This document shows, in pieces, positions 1-13,920 of a stretch of DNA of 64,000 nt. Source of the DNA: Amphiscolops sp. MND2022 (taxonomy: Eukaryota); assembly GCA_964187785.1 (NCBI GenBank), contig OZ076409.1, positions 24,182,001 through 24,246,000 on the forward strand. Direction: 5' to 3'. Position numbers and translations under genes: made by a program. The stretch's first letter is position 1, and each line of letters opens with the position of its first letter. A model generated the notes under the pieces. It was not told where the DNA came from, ran no database searches, and saw only the letters and a program-made list of their open reading frames with translations.

Positions 1-967
1 GTGCTGCCTTGGAAGTAAGTTTCCTCCTTTTTGGGGGTGTGTTTTCCAGGTGTTCAATCATTCAGTCTCTACTTTCCAGTCGTCAATAAAAAATGTCTTC
101 CTGTTTGGATAAAAAGCAGCCGCTAGTAGACACATTAAAGGCCCTTGTCTGTCGCTAGATGGCTCTGAATTAATAATATTAATGGGCCACCAGTCTCGCC
201 ATTTTATTATTGTCCATTAATATTTAACGGCTTTTTACTGCGTCATCTCCTCTGTAAACGTTTTAATTTTTCCTTCATATCTTCCGACCAACAAAACGCA
301 CCATCAAGCGGAAAGCAAAGGCGTCCTAAGAAAAGAGCACCTTTGAAGTTGGAATTAATTGAAGGTTGAATAAGAGTACTTTGATCACAAATATTTTTGG
401 ATGCGACGAAGGGCCAAAAGGTGAACCAAATTATCAACTAAAAGACTTCCAAAGAATTATTAATCCATTGTTTTAGATATCTCCACCTCGTTTGATTGAG
501 GTCCAAATAAAAGAAAATCTCGCCCAATCAAGCTATTCTGAAAGGTTGCATTGAAAAAAATTACCACTTAATATAGCATTTTGAAACCTTATCTGGCAGA
601 AGTTTATGGTTAAGAAAGAGCATAAAAAGTGTTCTTTTTTGGAGAAAGTCTCCTAAGAGCACTAAAATTTACAATATTCCATAAAAAAACTTCAAGTGTT
701 TACAAATACTCACAACATGAAGTCCTATTGAATAGACTCAAACTTAAATGCTGATTAGCGAATTCACTTCGGCATGTTTTTCGAAAGAACCGAGTCATTT
801 TGTCGCATTTTTCCGAGTATTTGAACACGTCAGGAAAAAGCATCTCTAAACACGCAGATCCGAATCTGATCTTTTGAATTTTGTTTATCAACTGTGCATC
901 TGACTAATGTACTCAAAAGAGGGAGAGCATTTTGTTGATATCGTTACCCTCAGCAGTTCATTATCAT

Positions 968-2047
968 CCCGGGTTGACCCTCTTACTAGCATCTTGGCTG
1001 TCTTGGCAAGATCTTGCCAAATTCTTACTACATTTTGGCAACCATGGATCCCATGGCAAGATTCTTATTAAGATCTTATTAAGATAATACTTATTCCAAG
1101 ATCTTATCTTATCACGATGGACAAAATTTTAAGATTATAAAAAAAACACTATACCTTCGGTACAAGCAGCCGAGACTCAATCTAAAGGCTCATTTCACCC
1201 AACAACGACTATTTCTACTCGTTTTCATAATCAAAATGCTTAAACCTGCTGAAAAAATTTTGCATGCAAAAATGAGTGAAAAATTACGATAATGTAGTCT
1301 GGCTTCCGAAATTTTGACGAGAATCCTAATAACTGCTCACCTGTTTAGGACTAAGAAATGCGAATGTACCAAAAGAAAGGTCATTTCAAGGGCTTTCCAA
1401 AACTTGTAATTTATCACTCCTGTCGATTGCAGAGACGGAGAAATATGCTCCCAAACGTCCAGTTCCACTATCGGAAAGTTACAGAGGAAAGACCTCAAAA
1501 TCCTGAAATTTTTGTAAAAATCATATTTCCAGCATTCTTTGAGCCTGTTTCAGCAGCCCTATCACTGCTAGAAACGGCGGTCATCGCTCTTATTTGGGTA
1601 ATGATTCAGCTGAAGGCTATTCTGACGCCTTATTGGCGACAGTTTTGCAATTGAAAGAACAATATCGATATCGGAATGGTTGTAAAAATCATTCAGTCAT
1701 TTTGTTATGAGTGATGTCTAGATTATTTTTCCATAACTCTTAATTTAATGGTTTTCTGATTCTACTTTTTCTCGATATCGAGCAGTTCGTAGCAATTTTT
1801 TCTTGCCATATTCGGCTTCTTAGTTAGATTTTTCTTGCCAAATTGGGCTTCTTAGTAAGATTTTTCTTGCCATATTGGGCTTCTTAGTAAGATTTTTCTT
1901 GGAAACATGGCTCTCTTGATAAGATCTTACCATGGCATCTTGCAATTCTTGGCAATATCTTGTCACGATCTTAGCTAAGATTTTTCCAAGATCTTGGCAA
2001 GATCTTGCCAAGATCTTACTAAGATATCCATGGAGGGTCGACCCGGG
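968..2047 (+). mobile_element. Non-autonomous TIR DNA transposon, family A (CCC...GGG termini, CMC/EnSpm-like)
   Basis: TIRs CCCGGGTTGACCCTC (968) / GAGGGTCGACCCGGG (ends 2047), flanked by AT on both sides. Many subterminal CAAGATCTTG-type palindromic repeats. Homologous copies at 7368-8312 and 15250-15699. The ORFs called inside are non-coding artefacts. Confidence 0.85.
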
Positions 2048-3124
2048 ATCTTTTAATTTTTCCGAAGCTGATTCAAAAATTTCAAAGAAAGCAGGATTGA
2101 AACTTTTTTTTACAATTTTATTTAGCGTACATTGGTGTGTTTCAAAAAAATTTTAGACGAACATTGGGAAACCTCGAGTTAACTAGATTTCAGCACAATT
2201 GAAGGCTTTTGCCGCTTTTCTAATTTTTGACTGTTTTATCTACACCTTTTTTGACGAATTTCATACTCGCTGAACATCCCCAAATCTACTGCAGCCATGG
2301 ATATGTTTTGATTTCGTAATTGACCAACCGTTTCAGAACTGTCAGGTTCGAGAAGCAACAATTCTTCAATTTGCATGTATGAGGATTGGTATTGAGGTTT
2401 TCGGAAGAACCACGGCGAAACTTATTTCGTTCAGAATGTTTCTTGCACAAAAAACATACATATGGATTCCAGGAAAAGGACTTCATGGAAGAGCCACGAA
2501 AGCAGTGTCAGATATCAGAAGCGCTGATTGTTTAGAGAAAGCCAGTTTGCTCTCAATAGGAGAAGTGGTACGAATCCAAAGGCTAAATGGTACAACTGGA
2601 TAAAAAACATCCAACAAGAGCTGTGTTCGACCCAGCAGTAGTTGGTAAGCACTCAAGACGACGCCCATAAGAAAACTGGATGGAGGGGATTGCCGACGAC
2701 ATGAAAAAACAGGGGCTACGCCGAGTGATAGCTCAAGGTCGTGAAAACTCGAGTAATAAACTTACGCCGACACCGGAAGGGATAAGGGTGAAAAAGTGAG
2801 CAAAAAAAGAGAACTATGTAACGACGCTCAGCACATAGGCGCTTGATTTTCTAATCACAAGAAGACTATACAATACATGAGTATTTGTATCATTAGTGCT
2901 GTTCAATTAGAGAAACTACCAGTGATTCAACGAAAGGACTCTTCTTTAAATTTTCATCCTGGTCATAAGTACTGATTATAAATTCTAGACCAGTCAGGAC
3001 TTTTACTTGAATCCTTAAAAAAGGTCAGGTCAACCGGGTGACCAATAAGAGATCTGAAATACCGAAAGAAAATCATTTATATTGAAGTTGAGTAACAATA
3101 AATTGTACGATTACAAGACAAAGA

Positions 3125-3613
3125 TTTTTAGTCGGCGCTTCATGAAGTGAAACGCGACTTTTATAGTGGCTTTTCTTTCTTTTCAATCCACACGAACTGA
3201 CCAAAATACTTCCTAAAAGTTCTACAAAATATTATTGCACCAATTTGCACCATTTGGTCTAGCGAACTGAACCAAAAAGGTTTTTCCTGTTTTCCCGCGT
3301 AACATACCATACCCGGAGAGACCAAAGGGTCCTCCCTTCCAAATTCTTTCGGCACTGCAAGACTTTTTTCCGGAAAAATTTTTTTCCTCAAAGGGTCCCC
3401 CTTCAATTTTTTTGCTGTTTTGCGACAGAATGGATGTTGGAAAATCCTAAAGGGTCCCCCCTTTCACTTTTTTTCGGCACTGTGAGATTTTTTTTCCGAA
3501 AAATTTTTTTCATAAAAGGGTCCCCAACTCACCAATACTTCGACATATTGAAGTCCTTTTGCTATTTTTGAGCCTTAGATATGGCGCCGACTTGGGCCGG
3601 TCCCGGCTTGTTT
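3125..3613 (+). mobile_element. Helentron-associated (HINE/DINE-1-like) non-autonomous repeat
   Basis: 5' TTTT-AGTCGGCGC (3130-3138) is the inverse of subterminal GCGCCGACT (3584-3592), followed by hairpin GCCGG-tc-CCGGC and a TTGTTT end. Multiple copies in the window. Confidence 0.7.
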
Positions 3614-6600
3614 AGCTTACCCTTCAGTCAGAATGGCCAAAGTCGGCTCCTGGTCAGGGCGCAAAAAGCGCAAAACTCAAGGACTATCTTGAAAGTAATT
3701 TTGAAAATCTCACAATGCCGAAAAAATCATAGTGGATCCTATAGGGCATGAATATTACTTGAAAATAAAGATTTCATTTTGAAAAACAAGCGTCAGAAAA
3801 GACCTTTCAAACTGATAACGATTTTTTCTTAACTGAAAATACCAGGCATTTCACATTTACAAAAAGTTGGGATCTTTTTTTTGTTGATATCGGTGAAAAA
3901 TTTTTCATATTTGGAGTGTAAAATTAGGCTGAAGTCTCTCTCTCTCCAGTTGTAGAAGGTTATCAGGTCATTTCTTTTAGCTTATTGCTAATATTCCATT
4001 GCCAAGCGTGATATTTTTTGTTTCGATGCTTTCATCACCATATAAAAAACTTTTGAAACGCTTTCAAACCAACTGAAAGAGAAATTTGAAAAAAAGAAAG
4101 CAGTGGATAATAGGGAAAACTTTCGCTGTAAACGCTTTGTTTCTTTTACAAAACAGTGCTTTTAGGATAAACGTATTCACGGATTAAATTCATTTAGCTC
4201 ACTCAATGGGAGTTAGTTTTCTTCTTTCATTCCCTTCCAGCCAATACTCTACAATTAGTATTTAAACCCATTTTTTGTTAGAATGTGGTTTCTGTTATCA
4301 CCTAACATAATGATATCCGGGAGGAACAATTCAAGTATCATTGATCATCCAATTTAATTTCTTTTCTCTTTATTTCACTAAACAAGAACGAAAAAGGAGA
4401 AAAAAAATGAAAAACTCGAATAAAAGTTGGGCACAATGAATCCTATTGAAAGGGAAACTCTAGTTTAAGAAATGTTTTTCGAATGCAAAAAAGAATGAAG
4501 AGATACTTGTTATACGGTGTAATACCGAACCGATTCCTTCGGTTGACAATGTCAATCAAACTTTGATCTTTTTATAGTCCTAAATGTGATTTATGTTTAT
4601 ATACAATTGTAAACATTGTGCTAGATCTTTCGTGCTAGAAATACATCATTTAGTTACCGTTAAACTTAGAGAAAAGATCGTTTTGACATTGCTTTCTGTT
4701 CGAAGATATATTTTACAAAACACTGTTTTTATTGTGTAACCAAGAAATAGAACAATACTATCAGTTGCAAGTAAAAAACTGACTACAGTTTATAGCTTAT
4801 GGAGTTTAGCTGTGCTAATGATCTGATTATGTCGTGATAAAATCAGATAGAAATGTATGCATGTATGGAACGATTTGGGGAAACGGGAAAAGTTACGTCG
4901 TTGAGGCCCAGTTTCATGAGAGAGTTTTTTTTGAGTTTCTGCAACAATTAATTAGTGCATTTTTAATTGAAAGCAAGTAGTTTGGTTGCTCTACGTAGAT
5001 TTAAGTAGATTTAAAGGACTGCCACATTTCAAGTTTTAGATTCACCCAACCTGTGCAAATATCTGAGTATATATTTTCATCGTATTTATTATTTGACCCG
5101 CATGTGGGTTTTTGATATTTAGGGTCTTCAATACAAATCAAAATGTATCAACTAAAAAGAATTTCTTAGTTAAGATAAATTTATCAGTTAGAGGTTTAAG
5201 TTAGTCAAGAAAAGCCACCTAATTTCAACGAAATAGAGTAATAACATTAGCGCAAAATTGCAATCACTATTCTTAGAGCTGTGACTCAGTTGTTTCAATA
5301 TACAATTAATTCTTACCTAATTTATAAGTTTATAGTTTTAGACTATTCAGCACCATTGCGCAAGATTTTGGCAGACAAAAAATGTATAACAATCATATTG
5401 GTCTTAATGTCATCTAAGGGAAATTTTCCTGAATATACTTCGGTGACTAACTACAACAACAAACGACACATTTATCGCCGTCTTGATTAATTTATCCAAC
5501 TTGGAGCACAAATAGAAGTCCTGGTTGACTTTTGGTGCTTCAAACATTTACGGTGTGATTAGCTTTCAGCCTAAACAAAGCCTATGGCTTAATTCCGGAG
5601 GAACCAAAGCAAAGGAAAATAAGCAAAGCTCAAACTTGTCATTAAGGATAAACCCGGAGATAAAACTAGGCGGAAATACCAAGAGATAAAGTCTCCACTG
5701 TTTGTTCCGATTCTCTGCGGCGCTATTCTTCTTTTCGCCCTGTAATGTTCGTGAAACAATTGAGTTCTGAAATACATGTATTCACTTCAAACTGTTCATA
5801 TTTTCAAGATAATAACGAAACATGCGAAACAACTCTCGTGATAGCCCGAAATTGTCCAAAAAAATGTTCGCCTGATTTATTTTATCAGCAACCGACATTG
5901 AACATATGAGCACAGCCAATAAACTCGCGCCCACGAAAAACTTCAAAAAGGTTGAAAAATCAGAAGTTTGATAGTTTTCGACTCGTTTTTTTTCAAAATC
6001 AGTTTTCTCCAATTTAAAAAGTGCGATGAGGAGCTAAAAGTTTTATCGCTAGAAAAATTATTGCCGTAAAGACATTGAGAAAATGTACAAAACTTGCAGA
6101 AAAATTATTTTACAATTTTGGCTTTTTTTTCACTTCAAGAAATTTTTTGCAAGAAGTGCAAATATCTCCATGTAAATAAACTAAGGAACTAAACATTTTA
6201 TTGTTGAGCTCGATGGGCTTTCAACCCGACCATAAAATTGCAAAGTTGAACGTTTTGGCACTTTTAAATTCCAGCACATTTTTCTGGAGTTCAGATACCT
6301 TAATAAATACATATGCTACAAAATGGTTTTTTATTGAAGTCAAATTTTGTCGGAAAAAAATTTTGAATGTATAACTTGACCTTGGCGGTGTAATTTGGAA
6401 CAAAAAATGTTGACTGAGCGATCATTTTCTTCCATATATGGTACATAGGCTGAAAACAATGTATACACTTTCCGGGCGTCACATTGTATTTTATCAAAGT
6501 TTAGAGATCTTAGTGTTGAAAGCTTTTGCAGTTTCCCGTAAAGATTCTGTGAATGTACTGTGAATTCTGTGAAAAATTTTATATGTCAAATAAACTACAG

Positions 6601-7367
6601 TCGAGTAACTCAACAGTGGTCGGACAAATAAGTGTCGTTAGTCGAGCAGTACAGTTATTTCAACTGGAGAGAAACCATTTTTATTTCAAAGCTATTTCAA
6701 ATGCGATTAAACTGTGACAGTCTGTGAAATCATTTCAAGTACCCTTGAGTCTCACAAAAAATTTACATTCCTTTCAGAACTTCTAATGATTTTAATTCTC
6801 ATGGACATCTACATTTTCATGCAAATTTTTCCATCTTCCTAGCATTTTAAAAAAAGTATTGATGTTTGACTTCTGCATTAATTGATATCGTTTTTTTGTA
6901 TGACGTCAGCAAAATTGTTTCTTTGAAAGTCGAAACTAGGAGCAGTGAAAAGTATTGAATGTCAAGACGTAATGGCAGTACTTCAGAATCTATTGGGTGC
7001 TGGACAATGATAGTAACTAATTTATTAAAATGGACATATGAATGAATAGTTTAGCAAATAAGTTTTCAAAGTCTAATGTGTCTAGTTTTCCAGTTTTAGC
7101 TTTTGTAGGTCAATAAATCAAAACAATATTATACTAGCTGATTATAAAACACGAGGCGCAACGGTACAGATATATTTTTGTATACTGTTTCAAGAGACCT
7201 TTATTTTAAAAAATACGACGGTTATGAAACTCAATTGTCTGAAAACTAAAAAGCGGCAAAATAATTCCAACTAAAATGCCTCGGATGATGTGAAAACCAG
7301 CTAACGCAAATACCATCCGCTTATACTTTCATCCGTAACATAACTTAGTTCGGAAAAGTTATTATTT

Positions 7368-8312
7368 CCCGGGTTGACCCTCCATGAATATCTTGACAAG
7401 ATCTTGCCATGGTATTCTTTTTGCCACGGTAAGATATTATCAAGAGAGCCATGCTCCCAATAAAATTTTTTTGTAACATCCTATTTGTCCAGAAAAAAAT
7501 CTGAAAGGAAGTCAACAAAAATCAACATCTATGCAGATTTACATTGTTAGACATGACAGTTTGCTGTTAGCAGAGTATAAAACTTGATTGAATAGTCCTT
7601 ATGCTGTTTATTTAGGGAGGGACTCATTAAATTGTTCTAATAATTGCAAAACCGTTGCCCCAGAAAAGCCTCGGAGTGGAATCATCACCCAAACCGGGGC
7701 AATGACCACAATTTCCAGCAATAAGAGCTGCTGAAATAGGCTCCAAGAAAGCTGAAGATACGAGTTGACAAAAATTTCCGGATTTCTAGCTGCTCCCTGT
7801 GTAACTTTCCGATAATGGCTCTGGACATTTGAGAGAATTTTTCTCCGTCTCGGGAATCGACATGAGTGATAAGTTACAAGTTTTAAGAAGCCCTTGGAAT
7901 GAGCTTTCATTTGGTTCCTTCGCACTTCTCAGTCTTAAACAGTTGAGGAGTTATTAGGATTCTCGTCAGATTTTGGGAAGCCAGAATGCTTTATCGTAGT
8001 TTTTCGCACATTCTTGCATGCAAATTTGTTTCAGCAGGTTGAAGCATTTTGATTATAAAAACAAGTAAAAACAGTCGTTGTTGGGTGAAATGAGCCTTTA
8101 GATTGAGTCTCGGCTGCTTGTACCGAAGGTATAGTGTTTTTTTATAATCTTTGATTTTTGTCCATCGTGATGAGATACGATCTTGGTATAATAATACTTA
8201 GTAAGATTTTGATGAAAATCTTGGAATGGGATCTTTGGTTGCCAAGATATAGTATGAATTTGCCACGATCTTGCCTTGGCTGCCAGGATGCTAGTAAGAG
8301 GGTCAACGTAGG
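7368..8312 (-). mobile_element. Family A TIR element, inverted copy
   Basis: Starts CCCGGGTTGACCCTCC and ends GAGGGTCAACGTAGG (degenerate TIR), flanked by TT/TT. Internal sequence is the reverse complement of much of 968-2047 (ORF 7608-7925 mirrors ORF 1358-1654). Confidence 0.85.
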
Positions 8313-8750
8313 TTGGGATGACCCGCCTTTTGTCGTTATACACGTTGTCATGAAGTTTTAAAAAATGGAAAACACAAAGGTTTGAATACGGAAAAAATCG
8401 AAACTTTTTTGGTAACTTAACATATCGAGACAAATTAACGTCAGCAAAATAGATAAAGCACTTTCTAAATCCGAATCAGGGAATATCATAGTTTATTGTG
8501 AAAAGTTACGGAAGCTCAAAATGAAGTTGTTGTGAATTTCTACGCGGGGCAATAATGAGGTGAGAAACAATTTTAAAGAAATCTTACAAGAGCAAAGACC
8601 ACTTTTAGAAGGGACCTTCGGGGTAGAAATTGATTTTTCTTGACTGAAATTATGAAAGAAATCCAAGTTTTAATTCCCAAAATGTTGGACACTGTTACGT
8701 GTAACGAGTGAAGTGAACGTTTAGGCTCCAAAATCGCGCTTTCAAAACAA

Positions 8751-9400
8751 AAACAAGCAAGCCAGGACCGGCCCAAGTCGGCGCCATATCGAAGGCTCAA
8801 AAATAGCACAAGGACTGCAAAGTGTCAAAGTATTCTTTTCTACAGTATCTGAAAAACCCAAAAGTTGGATCGAATGGCACGTCTTTTCGTGATTAGATAA
8901 ACATCTGTTAACGGCAAGATTTAGTCTGTGACTAGCACATCCACATCCATATCTAAGGCTCAAAAATAGCAGAAGAACTTCAAAGTGTCAAGTATTTTTT
9001 ACAGTTTCCAAAAAAAAACCAAAAGTTGAACCGAATTGGAATGCCGTGCCGCTACCGGGCCCCCGGCGCGCTAAAAAGGGGACCCTTTTGCATATTTTAA
9101 CATCCATTGTTGCAAAACATCAAAAAATTTAAAGGGGGCTTTTTGGGGAAAATTTTGTTTTGAATAAAAAGTCTCACAGTGCCGAAAAACTGAACGGGTG
9201 GTACCCTTCAGTCTCTCCCGGTATTGTATGTTACGCGGAAAGAGAGTAAAAAATTTTTGGTTCAGTTCGCTATGTCAAATGATTCAATTTGAACCATAAA
9301 ATTTTGTTTAACTTTTAAGAACTATTTTGGTCAGTTCGTGTGGATTGAAAAAAAGTCACTATAGTAGTCGCGTTTCACTTCATGAAGCGCCGACTAAAAA
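8751..9400 (-). mobile_element. HINE-like repeat, reverse copy, with internal duplication and a hAT-derived insert
   Basis: Reverse complements of the 3' hairpin end (AAGCCAGGACCGGCCCAAGTCGGCGCC, ~8759) and of the 5' end (GAAGCGCCGACTAAAAA, ends 9400). Confidence 0.7.
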
Positions 9401-9878
9401 GGCTATGAGCGAAATTCTACTGTCAAGAAAAAATCAGCGGACAGTTGTGTTTTCGTGCACAGCCGAAAAAAAATGCGGTAACCTTTACCGTAAACTTGAG
9501 AGCATTTCTGAGAAAATTTATTTCAGTCACGAAGTACCGAAAAATAAACAAAGAGGGCACCTGAAAGCCGAAGAACCATTTTCCTTAACACAAAACCCAT
9601 AAGAACGAAAGTTAGTGATTTATATTTGAAGTCAAGTCCGAGGTTTAAATGCGAGATCTGCTATGTTGTTTTTGAAAAAGCTCGGAACTGAGACCCCATA
9701 CAATGTCAAGCATGATCATGAACGGTCCACGAGAGCCCCATACATGGACCGTACAATGGAAAGCGGTAGGCTAAAAATGTCAAAAAACTTGAATTGAGAA
9801 AACGCGAAACAACAGATGCCACTCTCGACATCATCAAAAATTGTCATAGATCTCAAAAAATAAAGACTGTGGCTTTGC

Positions 9879-10638
9879 TTTTAGTCGGCGCTTCATGAAG
9901 TGACTCTTTTTTCAATACACACTGACCAAAATAGTTCTACAAGTTCTACAGAATCTTATGGGGCCGAATTATACCATTTGGCCCAAGGAACTGAACTACA
10001 AGAGTTCTTTAGCGTAACAGCGTAACATACAATACCAGATGAGACTGATGGGCCCCCTTTCAATTTTTGTCGGCATTGTGAGACTTTTTCGAAAAATTTT
10101 AGTGTCTCCAAAAAGTGCCTTCATTTTTTGATATTTTGCAACAGAATGTATCGTAAAATATCCCAAATGGTCCTTTTAAAGCGCCAAGGGCCCGAGCTAG
10201 CGGGCCCTCGTGGCGTCAGTTAGGACCTCCTTTGGGTTTTTCGAGTACTGTGAAAAAAAGTGGGCCCAAAAAAAGAGCTCCACCGACTGTTTTTAGTCGG
10301 CGCCTTTTCCCTCAAGGAAAAAAGCCCGACTCTTACAGTGAGTAGTTTTTTTTTCAGTTGACAATCTCACTCTGAGTGGTCCACTTTTCTTACAATTTTT
10401 GTTCATCTTTCATATTTGTTCATCTTCCAGTTTTCGGTTTGTAGAAAACGTTGAATGAGCCTGAATGGCCTCTTTTTGAGTTTTTCGGCATTGTGCGACC
10501 TAAAAAATACTTTTTTTCGAAAAAAAAATCAAATTTTTTTTTGAAAAAAAAATTTTTTTCCAAATTTTTCCAATAGTTGTTCCTTGAATATTTTTGAGCC
10601 TAAGATATGGCGCCGACTTGGGACGTTCCCGTCTTGTT
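9879..10638 (+). mobile_element. HINE-like repeats (two adjacent/nested 5' ends, one 3' end)
   Basis: TTTTAGTCGGCGC at 9879 and again at ~10290. 3' end GGCGCCGACTTGGGACGTTCCCGTCTTGTT at ~10609-10638. Confidence 0.65.
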
Positions 10639-11876
10639 CCTTTTATGCCTCACGATTAAGTCAAATTGTCAAATTATTGATTATCAGATATTTGACTACC
10701 TTTTTGAGATTCATGGAGCTGACTTTAACCAGCTTGCGAATCCTGAAAAAGTTCCCCGAATTGAGGAACTTGAATTTTTCCATGCAAACTCATTATAGTG
10801 AAAACTCATTTTTTGCATTTAAAAAATAGACAGGACAGATGAATGGTTATAAAAAGACAATTTTGTAATAGAAAAGTGAATAGCATGTGAAGTCTTCTCA
10901 GTAACTTGCGGAGCGACGTTGCATGAGAGCTGGATTGAAATCTGATTAAAATTTTAAATAGAATCCGCCAGGAATGAGGTCATCCCGTGTTTGATTGACA
11001 CACAGGATGAGAGACAGGAAACTCAACTGCTATCCAATTTTTTACTTTGCATTTTTGGCCATAGATTTATAATGAGACAATTATGTCCCGCTTGCCGCCA
11101 AAATTAGCCTGGCGACCGTTGGAATTGGCAAAAGCCGCGACTTCATTCCGCCGAGATTGGAAAACAATTTTGCGACTTAAGATCAAATTTTGTCTGCATT
11201 AATCATTGCGTTTAATTTGGCAGGCTGATTTCATTGAAAGGCAACCTTTTAAGTTTAATCTTCTACAATTTCTTTCCCACTCCCAGGAAAATTAGCCCGA
11301 ATTTCCTGCTGTGGAGAGGTATATTGTATATACAAAATGTATACAATCTATATAGTATAGTATATGGTACATATACTTGACTTAGCTCATTATTTCCTTA
11401 ATATTGGTGGGAACACGGATTGCACGTGACTTTGCACGTGACCGCCACATGACTCAAATGCCGTTTGCTCTTTTCCATTAAGTCTAGACTAAGTCCCAAT
11501 TATTCCTCATTGCCGTCTCCTAAGCGTGCAGCTGCAGACAAAGCAAAATTGGCTGCAAATTAGGTTTCAACACCCAGTCACCAACATACCAATACACCAT
11601 GGCGTTTAGATGGAACTCGAATGTCCAACACACACCAAAGTCCAAACGCAAAATGTTGTGACCACTCAAAAAGCAGACAAAAACCAGAAGACTGGCAAGA
11701 TTGGCAATCTCAGATTTCCGGATTGAGTTCCTGGGTTCCAGAATTGAGTCATCAATCTTACGCTACTCCGGAACCTTACAGTAATCAATGGTGTTTTAAA
11801 AAATAATTTTGGTTGTTTTTATCGATGTTTCGTGGTATTAGGACCCTTGAAACTTGAAACAAGCTCGGGAACTAGT

Positions 11877-12085
11877 ATACGTAGTAAATTTATTCGATTT
11901 CGTAAAGTAAATTTTTTACCTGCTTAATGGAAGTGTTTTTAGCACATAGTAAATTAGTTCGTAGTAATTTAGTTAATTTTTTTACCTGTTTAATGGAAAC
12001 ATTTCAGTACTTAGTGAATTAGTTCGTAGTAATGTAGTACGTAGTAAATTTGTTCGATTTCGTAAAGTAAATTTTTTTACCTGCA
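11877..12085. repeat. Local imperfect tandem repeat
   Basis: TACGTAGTAAATTT...CGATTTCGTAAAGTAAATTTTTTACCTGC occurs at ~11878 and ~12038, with a related unit between. Confidence 0.7.
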
Positions 12086-12138
12086 GGTAAACTAATTCAA
12101 CATGTTGAATGGAAGTATTTTTAGTCAGCGAACTGCAT

Positions 12139-12265
12139 AAACAAGCCGGGAACGGCTCAAGAGTCGGCGCCAAGCTTAGGGCTCAAAAAGCGCAAAGTAC
12201 GCCAAACTGTCAAGGAACTGTTTTTGAGAAAAGTCTTTTAAACACCACAGTGCCGAAAAAAACAA
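12139..12265 (-). mobile_element. HINE-like repeat, 3'-end fragment
   Basis: AAACAAGCCGGGAACGGCTCAAGAGTCGGCGCCAAGCTTAGGGCTCAAAAA is the reverse complement of the family 3' end. Confidence 0.6.
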
Positions 12266-13335
12266 TTTGCTAACTAATACACTTTCTGGGAGACAAATTC
12301 GAAAATTTTTGCTTAGAAGACACGCCAAAAGCGGCACAAAACCCGTGTTATGTGCTTTTTGTACCTTAGAATTGTTTGTAGGATATCAAAAATGTACCTA
12401 AAATTCCGGTAAAGAGAGAAAAAGATTTCGACAATTTAGAGCAACTTTGTAAAACTTGGTTGAGTACTTCAAAAAACTTTTTCAGGTTATTTCCGGTACC
12501 TTCATCTTCATTGAAGGTGTTAAGATCTGCGATCATATGGTTAAGAAAACACAAATTGACTTTTATAATACTGAACTATCTTCCTTACTACTTCTATGCA
12601 GCAAAATGGTAACAATAGTAGTATAACAACATAAATAGATGTTACAGTCATTAAAGTTCGTTAGTAAACAACTTCCTGTCATCTAGAGTTTAATTCAGGT
12701 CAGTAGTATAGCAGTCTACAGGTAGAGGCCATGTGTCGTCATATTACTTAATTCTATCAAAGGTTCCTTTACATGACAAGATCATTTCCTTCGTGATTGG
12801 CTAAGTGTCGCGGGCTGCCGCCTGCGATGGAAACTTGTGATTTGAGAGACACCACAGGCCGTGGTCATTACACTAAGTACTCAATAAATTTGGCTGTAGT
12901 ATGGTATTATTAAAGAGTAATGAGGAGCAAAAATGGGAGAATATGTTTGAAAAATTAATGAAGTGAAAATGTTCTCAATGGAAAAATCTTCCATGGAAAA
13001 AATGAAAAACACAGCGAAGTAAAGTACTTAAATCGAATATGACATATACATTACCATTATCTCAAAAAATATATTTTCAGTTAAACCCTATCGGTCTCTT
13101 CAGATTAAACTTCCTGAAATGTCTCAAAAGTAAGGTTTTTTGGGACCATCTTGGAATGAATAAATCGCCGATATTACCTTGATTAAAGCATTGCTTCGTC
13201 TGTTGTTTTCGACAAGCTACAAGGCTGTGCGGAAATTGAGCTCGTTTCAATATCATCATAGAGTTTATCAACTTTAGCTGACGTCATTTTATTCAACAGA
13301 ATCTCAATGCCACTCCTTAACATTTAAGAATTTTC

Positions 13336-13535
13336 GGATCTTTTCTGTTAATTCCCAACACAGTAAGCGCATAAATTTTAATTCCCCACCACTATCAGCG
13401 ATGTGTTTCAGTTGCAGTTAGAGTTTTAAAATACTGCAATTTGATTGGTTGTTACTATTAATTCAGTGATAATTTCACTTGACCGCTTAACTGGGGGGAA
13501 ATTAAATTGGTGGGGGGAATTAACAGAAAAGATCC
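13336..13535. mobile_element. MITE, Merlin-like
   Basis: 21-bp perfect TIR GGATCTTTTCTGTTAATTCCC / GGGAATTAACAGAAAAGATCC. Flanks GAATTTTC and AAATTTTC match at 7/8 (probable 8-bp TSD). GG termini with an 8-9 bp TSD are typical of Merlin. Confidence 0.65.
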
Positions 13536-13808
13536 AAATTTTCCATTAGCAGAATTATATTTCTCTGACGTAACCCGTAAACATCTTTCGTTTGGAATTA
13601 TCCTGAGCCTGTGATTTATTATTTTCCACCCATATGGAAAACAAATCCATATGGGAAAGAAAAATTACTATCTCAGCTGCGTTTTTTTTTAAAAAAAAAT
13701 CCTTGTTCCAATTTCAACTCCAAATTGAACGGGTTCACCGACAAAAATCAAATGACAAAAACTTAGTTTGGTGCGACATGCTTTTGTAATTTTTTTCGGA
13801 TGTTTTTG

Positions 13809-13920
13809 GTTGACCCCCAACTGACCAAAATTATCAAAAAATGCAAAAAGTTGAACACTTAGTTGACCCCCAACTGACCAAATTCATCAAAAAATCCTAA
13901 ACGTTGAACACTTGACCAAA
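13809..13920. repeat. Short tandem duplication (~54-bp unit)
   Basis: GTTGACCCCCAACTGACCAAA...ATCAAAAAAT...GTTGAACACTT occurs twice. Confidence 0.75.

Noticed and set aside
1358..2156. ORFs 1358-1654, 1820-2011, 1932-2156 and their counterparts at 7608-8433 and 15257-15496
   Set aside because: They lie within non-autonomous TIR repeats. Similarity between them reflects repeat copy number, and no transposase motifs are present.
2290..2700. Possible relic of an LTR integrase C-terminus plus PPT
   Set aside because: Only vague resemblance (LSIGEVVRI). No diagnostic motif or LTR pair.
11877..12085. CRISPR-like appearance of repeated units
   Set aside because: Units are imperfect with no unique regular spacers, there are no cas genes, and the context is eukaryotic.
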